From contig JAQTLZ010000001.1 of NCBI GenBank assembly GCA_028714635.1, positions 79,650 through 143,649 of the forward strand: a stretch of 64,000 bases of DNA, in the 5' to 3' direction. The translations under genes were made by a program, and so were the position numbers. Position 1 is the stretch's first letter. Every line of letters starts with the position of its first letter. Shown one piece after another: positions 9,870 to 18,562 of the stretch. Below the pieces are notes generated by a model. That model searched no databases and had not been told where the DNA came from. It was given only the letters and a program-made list of their open reading frames with translations. Source of the stretch: Minisyncoccota bacterium (GTDB lineage Bacteria; Patescibacteriota; Minisyncoccia; Phycocordibacterales; JAQTLZ01).

Positions 9870-10580
9870 ATGACAGATACCAAAAACAGTGCGGTTATTG
9901 AGGGCCTTTTTAAAGCGGGCGCTCATTTTGCCTATTCAAAATCACGCCGACATCCTTCAGTAAAATCTTATATTTTCGGGGCTAAAAACAAGGTTGAAAT
10001 CTTTGATTTGGAGAAAACATCTGACCTTTTGGAAAAGGCGAAGATGTTCGTGAAAACTCTCGGTGCGGAAGGAAAACAGATCCTTTTTGTTGGAGGCAAA
10101 CCAGAATCACGAGACACAATGAAAAACGGCGCTTTGGCTATCAATATGCCTTACGTTGCTGGACGATGGATTGGAGGAACTCTTACCAACTTTGGACAAA
10201 TCCGAAGCCGAATCGACAAGATGCTCACTCTCATGGACCAAAGAGAGAAAGGAGAGCTTTCAAAATACACAAAGAAGGAGCGACTTCTCATTGACCGAGA
10301 GATCACGAAACTCAACCTCTTTTTCTCCGGACTCGTTCTCTTGAAAGGAATGCCACAGGCCGTATTTGTGATTGACTCAAGAAAAGAAAAGATCGCGGTA
10401 GATGAAGCAAAGAAAATGAACATTCCCGTTATCGCTCTTCTCGGTTCTGACTGTGATATTTCTGAAGTAGATCATGCTATCGTCGGTAATGACGCTTCGC
10501 TCGCCAGTATTCGATTTTTCGTAGACCAAATTGTGAAGGCCTACCAGGAAGGAAAGGGCAGCGTTGAGCGCAAAGCGTAA
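9870..10580 (+). CDS. rpsB: Ribosomal protein uS2
   Basis: LFKAGAHFAYSKSRRHPSV...ILFVGGK...NMPYVAGRWIGGTLTNF...IPVIALLGSDCD is diagnostic of S2. Confidence 0.9.
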   Translation: MTDTKNSAVIEGLFKAGAHFAYSKSRRHPSVKSYIFGAKNKVEIFDLEKTSDLLEKAKMFVKTLGAEGKQILFVGGKPESRDTMKNGALAINMPYVAGRWIGGTLTNFGQIRSRIDKMLTLMDQREKGELSKYTKKERLLIDREITKLNLFFSGLVLLKGMPQAVFVIDSRKEKIAVDEAKKMNIPVIALLGSDCDISEVDHAIVGNDASLASIRFFVDQIVKAYQEGKGSVERKA

Positions 10581-10666
10581 AGCGTAGAGAAGAACGCCAG
10601 CTCGTCCCCGTATTTTGAGTTTTGTATTTCTACACGCTTACCGCTATACGCTAATCGCTATTAACT

Positions 10667-11254
10667 ATGATTACCACAGAACAAATCAAAGCGCTTCGAG
10701 ACGAAACAGGTATTTCTATTATGCAGTGCCGAAAGGCTCTTGAAGAGGCGGGAGGCGATAAGGAAAAGGCTCTCATTATTCTCAAGAAAAAAGGAGGCGA
10801 TATTGCAGCTAAGAAAGCTGATCGAAGCCTTGGTGCGAGTATTGTTTCTGCATATGTTCATAGTAATGGAAAAGTTGGCGCTCTCGTTGAACTTTCCTGT
10901 GAGACAGATTTTGTCGCAAAGAACGAAGAGTTCAAGGCTCTTGCTTATGATATTGCGATGCATGCTGCGGCGATGAATCCGGAATTTCTTAAGAAAGAAG
11001 ATGTCTCCGAAGACATGAAAAAGAAGGCAATTGAGATTTTTGAAAAGGAAGTGGTTGGAAAACCGAAAGATATGCAGGCAAAGATTCTCGAGGGAAAGAT
11101 CAATGCCTACTTCAAAGACAAGATTCTTCTTGAACAGCCATTCATCAAAAATCCTGAAGTAACTGTAAACGGTCTTGTGCAGGCAGCGATTCAGAAGTTC
11201 GGCGAGAAGACAGAAATTGTGCGATTTGTGAGATTCGGTTCTCTCGAGAAGTAA
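10667..11254 (+). CDS. tsf: Elongation factor Ts (short form)
   Basis: ITTEQIKALRDETGISIMQCRKALEEAGGDKEKAL (UBA-like N-terminus) and VELSCETDFVAKNEEF. At 195 aa it is the short variant. Confidence 0.9.
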   Translation: MITTEQIKALRDETGISIMQCRKALEEAGGDKEKALIILKKKGGDIAAKKADRSLGASIVSAYVHSNGKVGALVELSCETDFVAKNEEFKALAYDIAMHAAAMNPEFLKKEDVSEDMKKKAIEIFEKEVVGKPKDMQAKILEGKINAYFKDKILLEQPFIKNPEVTVNGLVQAAIQKFGEKTEIVRFVRFGSLEK

Positions 11255-11266
11255 GTTCCTCTAAAA

Positions 11267-11653
11267 ATGACATTTGCACTCTCATCATTCATCGTGTCGT
11301 TTGTGCTCATCGTGGTGCTTATCGGGCACAAGCTTTATGAAATGTCTCGGAGCGAGACCGCATTCTCGAAAATTCGAGGAAAGATGGATACGATGGTGTC
11401 TGAAAACATTTCAGTGGTAAAAAGCCACTCTCATATGTTTGAAAAGGGAACGGTGAGAAAATTTTTCAAGATCTTTTTTAGCGGAGTGGCTGAAGCAGCT
11501 CTCCACATAAGACAAAGTCTCATCCGAAAATGGAATGGTTTTTTCCATTCACTTAAGACTGGCGCAGTCAAAAAAAGCGACGGAGAAGTTTCCATTTTTC
11601 TTAAGGATATTTCTCGGGATAAAAAAACTGGCGGAGGAGAGAAAAAAATGTAG
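11267..11653 (+). CDS. Hypothetical small membrane protein
   Basis: 128-aa ORF with an N-terminal TM helix. Supported by ORF length only. Confidence 0.3.
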   Translation: MTFALSSFIVSFVLIVVLIGHKLYEMSRSETAFSKIRGKMDTMVSENISVVKSHSHMFEKGTVRKFFKIFFSGVAEAALHIRQSLIRKWNGFFHSLKTGAVKKSDGEVSIFLKDISRDKKTGGGEKKM

Positions 11654-11695
11654 AATGGAGAAGGTTTTCACGTTGCCTTAGTGAAGTTGGTGGGG

Positions 11696-11723
11696 CTGAA
11701 ACGAAAACTGCTTTTCGTTTCAG
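11696..11723. promoter_or_regulatory. Perfect 12-bp stem hairpin (CTGAAACGAAAA-CTGC-TTTTCGTTTCAG)
   Basis: Read directly from the sequence. No flanking U-tract. It lies between the small ORF and tRNA-Thr. Confidence 0.35.
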
Positions 11724-11800
11724 GAGGTTCGTAATCGAAATTGCCGTTGCTGAATGAAATGAAGCAGACAATAACGAACTGTTTTGTAAAAATTATAGAT

Positions 11801-11873
11801 GCCGGCATAGCTCAGTTGGTAGAGCGCCACTTTTGTAAAGTGGATGTCCGGGGTTCGAACCCTCGTGCCGGCT
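11801..11873 (+). tRNA. tRNA-Thr (anticodon UGU)
   Basis: I folded the cloverleaf by hand. Acceptor GCCGGCA/TGCCGGC. D-arm GCTC-AGTTGGTA-GAGC. Anticodon stem CCACT/AGTGG with loop TTTGTAA (anticodon TGT). T-arm CGGGG-TTCGAAC-CCTCG. Discriminator T. CCA is not encoded. Confidence 0.8.
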
Positions 11874-11917
11874 CCCTGTATACCAAATGTTTGGTTACTT
11901 GTGGTACACTGTAAAGT

Positions 11918-12334
11918 ATGAAAAGATGCAAAGAATGTGGTGTGTCGCTTAAAACCAGATTTCAATTAAAATATTGCTCTAATAAGTGTCAGTCCAATCA
12001 TCAATATAAGGAATACATTCAGGGCTGGAAATCTGGGACTTTTGATGGGAGTAGAGGAATCACAACCAAAGCTCTATCTCAACACCTGAAGCGTTACCTC
12101 ATTGAAAAGTGCGGCGAGTTTTGTTCGAAGTGTGGATGGAGGGATATTCATCCTATTACTGGTAGAGTCCCGCTAGAAGTTGATCATGAGGATGGAAATG
12201 CAGAGAATAATAGCGAAAAAAATTTAAAACTTTTGTGTCCCAATTGTCATTCTCTCACCCCGGGTTTCAGAAATTTGAACAAGGGAAAAGGAAGAATTTG
12301 GCGAAAGAATAAATACTTGAAGACTAACTCATAG
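11918..12334 (+). CDS. Small HNH endonuclease with an N-terminal Cys4 zinc finger
   Basis: CKECGV...CSNKCQ zinc ribbon. HNH core EVDHEDGN...NLKLLCPNCH. 138 aa. It starts 44 bp after tRNA-Thr and ends 3 nt before the next gene. Confidence 0.75.
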   Translation: MKRCKECGVSLKTRFQLKYCSNKCQSNHQYKEYIQGWKSGTFDGSRGITTKALSQHLKRYLIEKCGEFCSKCGWRDIHPITGRVPLEVDHEDGNAENNSEKNLKLLCPNCHSLTPGFRNLNKGKGRIWRKNKYLKTNS

Positions 12335-12337
12335 GAC

Positions 12338-13879
12338 ATGGAATACATTCGGACACCCTATTACACAGCGGGGCAGGCAAAAGATCTTACAGGAAAAGAT
12401 TTTCGTATTTATCGCTTCTTTGAAATTCTTCCCGGATTTTTGGCGTGGGCTACGCTCTTTGGCGCGCTTTTGCTTTCTTACCTCGCGCCTTTTTATGCGG
12501 CGCTTTTTATCATTGTCTTCAATTTATATTGGGTTTTGAAAAGCGCCTATCTCTCGCTTCACCTCTACCAAAATTGGCGCCATATCAGAAAATCTTTGGG
12601 AATGGATTGGGAGGAAATGCTTGCGCCTCTTAAATATACTCGTATTGTCCATCTTGTTATTTTGCCATTCTACAAAGAATCATATGAAATTGTAGAAACA
12701 AGTATTAAATCCCTTCTCTCTGCGCGTGGGAATAAAAAGAAAATGGCGGTCGTTCTCGCTGTTGAGGCGCGAGCAGGCGAGAGCGCATTCCAAACGGCAG
12801 AAAAAATCAGGGACTTGTATGGCAGAGAATTTGGCTACTTTCTAATCACCATTCACCCAAGCGGTATTTCAGGAGAGATGGATGGGAAGGGTTCGAACAT
12901 TGCTTACGCAGCGGAAGATGCGCGAAAGAAGATTCTCGACGCGAATGAAATTCTGTACGAGGATGTTCTTGTTTCTGCATTCGACATCGATACTATCGCG
13001 TATCCGGATTATTTCCTCTGTCTTATGTGGCATTTCCTGACGAGCGAAGATAGGCTTCATGCTTCGTATCAGCCAGTTCCTTTTTATAATAATAATATGT
13101 GGGATGCACCGGCACTGTCGCGAATCGTCGCTACGTCGGGAAGTTTCTGGCAGATGATCCAGCAGGAGCGTCCGGAGCGTCTTACCACTTTTTCTTCGCA
13201 TTCCATTCCATTTCCGACGTTGCAAGAAATTGGCTATTGGCAGAAAAATATTGTTTCCGAAGATTCCCGTATTTTTTGGAATGCATTTCTTGCACATGAT
13301 GGAAATTACAAAGCTGTACCGATTTCTTACCCGCTCTCGATGGATGCCAATCTCGCGCCCTCTTTCTGGCAGACCATGAAGAATGTCTATAAACAACAGC
13401 GCCGATGGAGCTGGGGCGTAGAAAATCTTCCTTATATTCTTATGGGCTTTGTAAAAAATCCTCGGATTTCTCTGGGGAGAAAATTGCGCATCACATTCAT
13501 CGAACTTGAACGGGCATGGTCTCTTGCGACAAACCCGATCCTTCTTTTTCTTTTCACTTGGACGCCAATTCTTCTCGGAGGAAGAGTTTTCAATAGTACT
13601 TTGCTTTCATATAATTTGCCGGTTGTCTCAAGGAATCTGACATTTCTCGGCATCCTCGGAATTTTGCTCTCCGCTATCGTTTCTATTTCGCTTCTTCCTC
13701 CGCCTCCAAAAGGGAGCTCAAAAAGAGGAACGCTCACCATGTTTGCCCAGTGGATATTCGTGCCCGCAACACTTCTCGTGTTTGGCTCGATCCCGGCTCT
13801 TGAGGCGCAGACCCGTCTCATGCTCTCCGGAAAATTCCGTCTTGGCTATTGGGTGACGCCAAAACACCGGAAATCTTAA
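12338..13879 (+). CDS. Processive family-2 membrane glycosyltransferase (cellulose/chitin synthase-like)
   Basis: QQRRWSWG is the QxxRW motif of processive beta-glycosyltransferases. D,D motifs (VSAFDID). TM helices at the N- and C-termini. Confidence 0.7.
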   Translation: MEYIRTPYYTAGQAKDLTGKDFRIYRFFEILPGFLAWATLFGALLLSYLAPFYAALFIIVFNLYWVLKSAYLSLHLYQNWRHIRKSLGMDWEEMLAPLKYTRIVHLVILPFYKESYEIVETSIKSLLSARGNKKKMAVVLAVEARAGESAFQTAEKIRDLYGREFGYFLITIHPSGISGEMDGKGSNIAYAAEDARKKILDANEILYEDVLVSAFDIDTIAYPDYFLCLMWHFLTSEDRLHASYQPVPFYNNNMWDAPALSRIVATSGSFWQMIQQERPERLTTFSSHSIPFPTLQEIGYWQKNIVSEDSRIFWNAFLAHDGNYKAVPISYPLSMDANLAPSFWQTMKNVYKQQRRWSWGVENLPYILMGFVKNPRISLGRKLRITFIELERAWSLATNPILLFLFTWTPILLGGRVFNSTLLSYNLPVVSRNLTFLGILGILLSAIVSISLLPPPPKGSSKRGTLTMFAQWIFVPATLLVFGSIPALEAQTRLMLSGKFRLGYWVTPKHRKS

Positions 13880-13909
13880 GAAATGCCGTCTCTGTAAAAG
13901 AAGCCGATT

Positions 13910-14800
13910 TTGTGTATAATATCCTCCTATATGCCGCACATGTCTCTTCGCAGAAGAAGGCTCTATTTCTATTCTTTTTGCCTGATTTTTTTCGTGCTCA
14001 TCCCTGTTCTTGTTTTTTACGCGAATGGGTATAGGATCACCAAAGATTGGCAAGTCGCTGAAACGGGCGGTATTTATGTCTATGCTTCCGAAAGCAATGC
14101 AGACGTCTCTTTGAACGGAGTCCTCTTGCAGAAAAGTGGGATTTTTCAGAGGGGAACTTTTCTCGACGGTCTTACAGAAGGGAAGTATGAGATTTCAGTA
14201 TCAAAGGCAGATTTTTCTTCTTGGAAAAAAGATATTGAAGTGAAAGAAGGATTTGTTACGGAAGGACATCCGTTTCTTATTCCTTTGAATATTGAGCCCG
14301 TTCTGATCCCCGAATTTTCAACTTCCACAGCTACTAGCACAAAAATAAAAAATCCTGATTATGCCGATGCTCTGCTTCTTTTCCAAAAATCGCTGGTAAA
14401 GAAAACTCTCGCTACAACTACGTTGTCTTACGGAGAGGACGCTCTTCGAAATGGGAATCTTGTGGTTTTTGAGACAGGAACTCAATTACAGGCTGTCTGG
14501 CTTGGAGATACCAATTCGATGCCCTACTTTTTCTGTCATGCAGTTTTGTGCGGGACAGATACAAGCGCGACTTCCACTGTCTATACGAATGTTGTGCCGA
14601 AATCCCATCTTGAATTTTTGCCACGGCGTACCGATGTGGTGTTACTCGAAACAAAAGAGGGTATAGAGGCAGTTGAGCTTGATACGACATTTCCTCAAAA
14701 TGCAGTTTTGGTATATCCGACGAAGACAGCGGACTTTAGAGTTTCAAATGGCGTCATCTATTTAAAAGACGGTGCCAATATATCGAAGATAAATTTGTAA
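13910..14800 (+). CDS. Membrane-anchored PEGA-domain protein
   Basis: N-terminal TM helix. GIYVYASESNADVSLNGVLLQKSG...GKYEISVSKADFSSWKKDIEV is a PEGA-domain pattern. The start may lie at ATG 13931 or 13940. Confidence 0.5.
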   Translation: MCIISSYMPHMSLRRRRLYFYSFCLIFFVLIPVLVFYANGYRITKDWQVAETGGIYVYASESNADVSLNGVLLQKSGIFQRGTFLDGLTEGKYEISVSKADFSSWKKDIEVKEGFVTEGHPFLIPLNIEPVLIPEFSTSTATSTKIKNPDYADALLLFQKSLVKKTLATTTLSYGEDALRNGNLVVFETGTQLQAVWLGDTNSMPYFFCHAVLCGTDTSATSTVYTNVVPKSHLEFLPRRTDVVLLETKEGIEAVELDTTFPQNAVLVYPTKTADFRVSNGVIYLKDGANISKINL

Positions 14801-14812
14801 TATACTATAAGC

Positions 14813-15565
14813 GTGGAGACAGAAAGTAAAAAAGGATATTTGCACCCAATTACACAGACTATTCGGCAGGCGGTTTCGATTTGGAATGATCTTGGATTTG
14901 AAGTGGCGGAAGGGCCGGAAATTGAAACCGAACATTACAATTTCGACGCTTTGAATATTCCCGCGAATCATCCAGCACGGGATCTTTGGGATACGTTTTG
15001 GCTGAAACCTCTTTCAGCTCGTAAACTCTTGCGAACTCACACTTCTCCTGTCCAGATCCGCTATATGGAGAAGCACAAAAAGGATTTGCCAATCCGCATT
15101 ATTGTTCCAGGAAAAACTTTCCGTCATGAGGCAACGGATGCCACCCATGAAGCTCAATTTTTCCAAATGGAAGGGCTTGCCGTGGGCGAGGGAATTACGC
15201 TCGCGAATATGAAATCAGTGCTCATCACTTTTTTCAAAAAGCTCTATGGTCCCGATGCGGATGTTCGATTTCGCCCGAGCTTTTTCCCTTTTACCGAGCC
15301 AAGCGTTGAGATTGATGTCTCTTGTTTTAAGTGTGCTGGAAAAGATTCTGCCTGTCCGCTTTGCAAAGGCACCGGCTGGATAGAAGTTATGGGCGGAGGA
15401 ATGGTTAATCCAAAAGTGCTCGAAGGTGTAGGAATTGACCACAAAAAATACACAGGTTTCGCCTTCGGTTTCGGACTGGACCGCCTCGTGATGCTCAAAT
15501 ATGGCGTAGATGATATTCGTTCGCTTTATTCAGGAGATTTACGATTGTGGCAGGTTAAAAAATAA
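14813..15565 (+). CDS. pheS: Phenylalanine--tRNA ligase alpha subunit (catalytic core only, no N-terminal extension)
   Basis: HPITQTIRQ...FDALNIPANHPARD...FRHEATDATHEAQFFQMEG...FGFGLDRLVML are class II aaRS motifs 1-3. GTG start 13 nt after the upstream stop. Confidence 0.85.
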   Translation: METESKKGYLHPITQTIRQAVSIWNDLGFEVAEGPEIETEHYNFDALNIPANHPARDLWDTFWLKPLSARKLLRTHTSPVQIRYMEKHKKDLPIRIIVPGKTFRHEATDATHEAQFFQMEGLAVGEGITLANMKSVLITFFKKLYGPDADVRFRPSFFPFTEPSVEIDVSCFKCAGKDSACPLCKGTGWIEVMGGGMVNPKVLEGVGIDHKKYTGFAFGFGLDRLVMLKYGVDDIRSLYSGDLRLWQVKK

Positions 15566-15568
15566 ATT

Positions 15569-17467
15569 ATGCTCATCTCTTACAAATGGCTCACGATGTA
15601 TTTCGACAAACCGATTCCTTCACCGGAGGAGGTTGCCAAGCTTTTTACTTTTCATGCTTTTGAGGTGGAAGGGTTGGAAAAGAAAGGCGATAATGCAACT
15701 CTGGATGTAAAAATTTTGCCAGACCGAGCGCATTATTGTCTTTCGCATCGAGGCGTTGCCGGAGAGCTTTCTGCAATAACCGGAATTCCACTCAAGAAAA
15801 TCGAGCCGAAAGTTTTTCCTATTGCCAAAGTTCGTGATTTGAAAATAAAAATAGATGAGCCGAAACTTTGCCGACGATATATCGGGCGCGTTATCGAAGA
15901 TGTGGTTGTTACTGATTCGCCGGATTGGCTTTCTGCCGACTTAGCGGTTGTCGGTCAGCGACCAATAAATGTTGTTGTTGATAATGCCAACGGAGCGATG
16001 TTCGATGTCGGTCAGCCACTTCACGCTTTCGATGCGGATAAAGTGGTGGGGGGAATTACAGTACGTCTCGCAAAAAAAGGGGAAAAAATCACTACACTTG
16101 ATGACAAAGATATTACTCTCGATGCTGAAACGCTTGTGATTGCTGACGACGAGGGACCAATTGCTATTGCAGGGGTCAAAGGCGGAAAGCGGGCGGAAGT
16201 GACGAAAGAGACCAAAAACCTCATTCTCGAATCTGCCAATTTTGATCCGGTAAATATTCGCAAGACTTCTACTCGGCTTGGAATCAAGACTGATGCATCA
16301 AAGCGTTATGAAAATGAGATAACTCCGGAGCTGGCAGCAAGCGGAATGGAAATGCTTACCTTTTTCCTTCAATACTGTATTAAAAGTCCTTTCAAAATCG
16401 GATCCCTTGTGGATGTTTACCCACATCCTGCAAAGCAAACTGTGATTGATTTTGACCCAAGTTTGGCAAGCGGGCTTCTTGGGGTTGAAATTAGCGAAGA
16501 AAAGGTTATTGAACTTTTGAATCGCCTTGAAATTAAAATAGAAAAGAAAGGCAGACATCTTTCACTCACGATTCCCTTTGTTCGTCTTGATTTAGAGATG
16601 TCTGAAGATATTGTGGAGGAAATTGGACGGCTATACGGCTATGAAAATATCAAGCCCGTGCCGATGGAGAAAATGCAGAAATCTCCCACGATCAATAAGA
16701 ATGTCTATTATCAAAACAAATTCCGAGACGTGCTTACAAATCTGGGCTTTACCGAAGTCTACACATATGCGCTTCAGGAAAGTGGGGAAGTAGAGCTTGA
16801 AAACCCATTGGCATCGGATAAAAGCTTTTTGCGCAAAAACCTTTCTGCGCTTCAAAATAGCCTCGATATGAACGCGCTCAATGCTCCGCTTCTCGGGCTC
16901 ACGGATGTACGAATATTTGAAATTGGAAAAGTATTCGATAAAGGCGCTGAAGAACATACAGCTTTGGGTATTGGTTTTTGGACTGGCACAAAGAAAAAAC
17001 AAAAAGAAATGATTGAAGCCGAGTTCGACAAGATCGCAGATGCTTTCAGAAAGGAGATTGGAGATGCGCCAGAGGCGCACAATCTTACGGCGAATGTTAT
17101 GGAAGCGAATCTTGATGCGTGTATTGAAAAATTACCCGACCCAAAGAAATATGATTTTGCCAAAGCGACAGAAGTCATTTACAAAAAACCATCAGCCTTT
17201 CCATTTATTGTCCGTGACGTAGCACTTTTCGTCCCATCTGCCACCAAAGAGGGGGATGTGCAAAATATAATCAAACAATCAGCGGGGGATTTGGTAGTCC
17301 GAGGTCCGGAACTTTTCGATGTATTCGAAAAAGGAGACAAGAAATCTCTCGCATTCCGGCTTGTTTTCCAATCATATGAAAAGACACTCACAGACAGCGA
17401 GGCGAATGGATTTATGGAGAAGGTCTATGGAGTTTTAGAGAAAGAGGGTTTCGAATTGAGAAAATAA
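15569..17467 (+). CDS. pheT: Phenylalanine--tRNA ligase beta subunit (short, 632 aa)
   Basis: MLISYKWLTMYFD is the standard PheT N-terminus. B3/B4 and B5-like regions are present. It starts 4 nt after pheS. Confidence 0.85.
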   Translation: MLISYKWLTMYFDKPIPSPEEVAKLFTFHAFEVEGLEKKGDNATLDVKILPDRAHYCLSHRGVAGELSAITGIPLKKIEPKVFPIAKVRDLKIKIDEPKLCRRYIGRVIEDVVVTDSPDWLSADLAVVGQRPINVVVDNANGAMFDVGQPLHAFDADKVVGGITVRLAKKGEKITTLDDKDITLDAETLVIADDEGPIAIAGVKGGKRAEVTKETKNLILESANFDPVNIRKTSTRLGIKTDASKRYENEITPELAASGMEMLTFFLQYCIKSPFKIGSLVDVYPHPAKQTVIDFDPSLASGLLGVEISEEKVIELLNRLEIKIEKKGRHLSLTIPFVRLDLEMSEDIVEEIGRLYGYENIKPVPMEKMQKSPTINKNVYYQNKFRDVLTNLGFTEVYTYALQESGEVELENPLASDKSFLRKNLSALQNSLDMNALNAPLLGLTDVRIFEIGKVFDKGAEEHTALGIGFWTGTKKKQKEMIEAEFDKIADAFRKEIGDAPEAHNLTANVMEANLDACIEKLPDPKKYDFAKATEVIYKKPSAFPFIVRDVALFVPSATKEGDVQNIIKQSAGDLVVRGPELFDVFEKGDKKSLAFRLVFQSYEKTLTDSEANGFMEKVYGVLEKEGFELRK

Positions 17468-17899
17468 AACTGTTCTGTATCGCTGTCGGTGGCGAAACAG
17501 AACAGAATGTGTCACGGAAGGTTGAAGTAGATCGCTACATGTGTTGCGAGGTAGCATCCGGGATTTTTCACCCGCGGAGGCCTTTTTCTCCCGCAAGTTA
17601 GAACATCGGCGATACTTCTTGAACACGCGGACAGGCTACTGCTTCCTGCACCTATCGCACCTCGCGGTTTTGATAGGAGTAGAGAGAGGTTCTCTTGCCG
17701 TTTGTCACATGCCAGTTGCATGACTTTCTCCCTTCAAAATGTACTTGGTTATCCCTCCTTATCTCCGCATCTTTTTATACTATATGCATTTGTATAAAAA
17801 ACCCGCAAATTGGTTTTGTGCATAAGCCTGTGGAGAAATTGTGAGTTTGTTGGGGATTAGATGTTTACGCAATATTTGTAAAAATAATCAATATATTTT

Positions 17900-17942
17900 T
17901 GAGAAAATAAAAGATGCCGTTGAGTTAAAAGCCCTCAACGGC
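17900..17942 (-). terminator. Intrinsic terminator for the small minus-strand gene
   Basis: On the minus strand, GCCGTTGAG-GGCTTTTAA-CTCAACGGC (9-bp perfect stem) is followed by ATCTTTTATTTTCTC. Confidence 0.6.
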
Positions 17943-17967
17943 ACCTGTGTTTGTCCGCGCATTCTGT

Positions 17968-18309
17968 TTATAAGCGCTCGAGCCAGTATGAGTTGGTTTT
18001 CGCATTACCAACTGCATAACACTTGGACTTTACCACATACTGCGCGCCGACTCGCAGCGTCGGACCCGGGGTGTTCACAAACACCCGAGTGCCATCCGCC
18101 GCTTCGAAGACAGATGTGTCTCCGATTTGCGCCAGGAGCGTATGCGGCTCGCCCTGGAGCTTGCTCATGTGGGCCGGTTTGCCTTCGGCATTGAGAACGA
18201 TCAGAGCAATCGCTATCGGGACACAGAGCAGCAGGCCGACGAACGCGAGTATGTGTACGCCTGACAGGGCGACAAAGATTCTTTTCGTTCTCGGAACTTT
18301 TATTCTCAT
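17968..18309 (-). CDS. Hypothetical small membrane-anchored protein (GC-rich orphan with strong SD)
   Basis: 113 aa: MRIKVPRTKRIFVALSGVHILAFVGLLLCVPIAIALIV... is an N-terminal TM anchor followed by a beta-rich domain. AGGAGGAGTGAAGTC lies before the ATG. GC is about 58% against ~42% for the neighbours. It has its own terminator. Confidence 0.55.
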   Translation of the reverse strand: MRIKVPRTKRIFVALSGVHILAFVGLLLCVPIAIALIVLNAEGKPAHMSKLQGEPHTLLAQIGDTSVFEAADGTRVFVNTPGPTLRVGAQYVVKSKCYAVGNAKTNSYWLERL

Positions 18310-18508
18310 GACTTCACTCCTCCTGTATTGCCTCACGCGGGCAAGCTCACACTTGGGGTCGAGCCCCTTCCAGAAGCCTTGGTGACAGGCTTTATACATG
18401 AAGAACTCTATCAAATTCATATCATTTTATTTTTAAAAAGTCAAATTTTTGATACCAGAAACTATCCACTAAAACCGAGAAAAAGCCCTTTCATTTTAAG
18501 GCTAAATT

Positions 18509-18517
18509 TGCTATAAT
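18509..18517 (+). promoter_or_regulatory. Extended -10 promoter (TGcTATAAT) for gyrB
   Basis: TGCTATAAT lies about 45 nt upstream of the gyrB ATG. There is no good -35. Confidence 0.4.
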
Positions 18518-18562
18518 AAGAGTACCAAAAGGGTGCTTTTTTGTTTGTATTTTCGCTCATAA

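Noticed and set aside
17560-17700. SRP RNA (4.5S/ffs) on the minus strand
   Set aside because: Only a loose resemblance to the GGAAGCAG and CCGGGAUGUAGC strands. I could not fold a convincing helix 8 with a GNRA tetraloop and symmetric loops. It is left as an unassigned candidate.
17841-18385. Plus-strand ORFs (117 and 120 aa) in the GC-rich island
   Set aside because: They overlap the minus-strand gene that has a strong SD and terminator. High-GC sequence generates long open frames on all strands. Their translations are Cys/Arg/Pro-rich junk with no start context.
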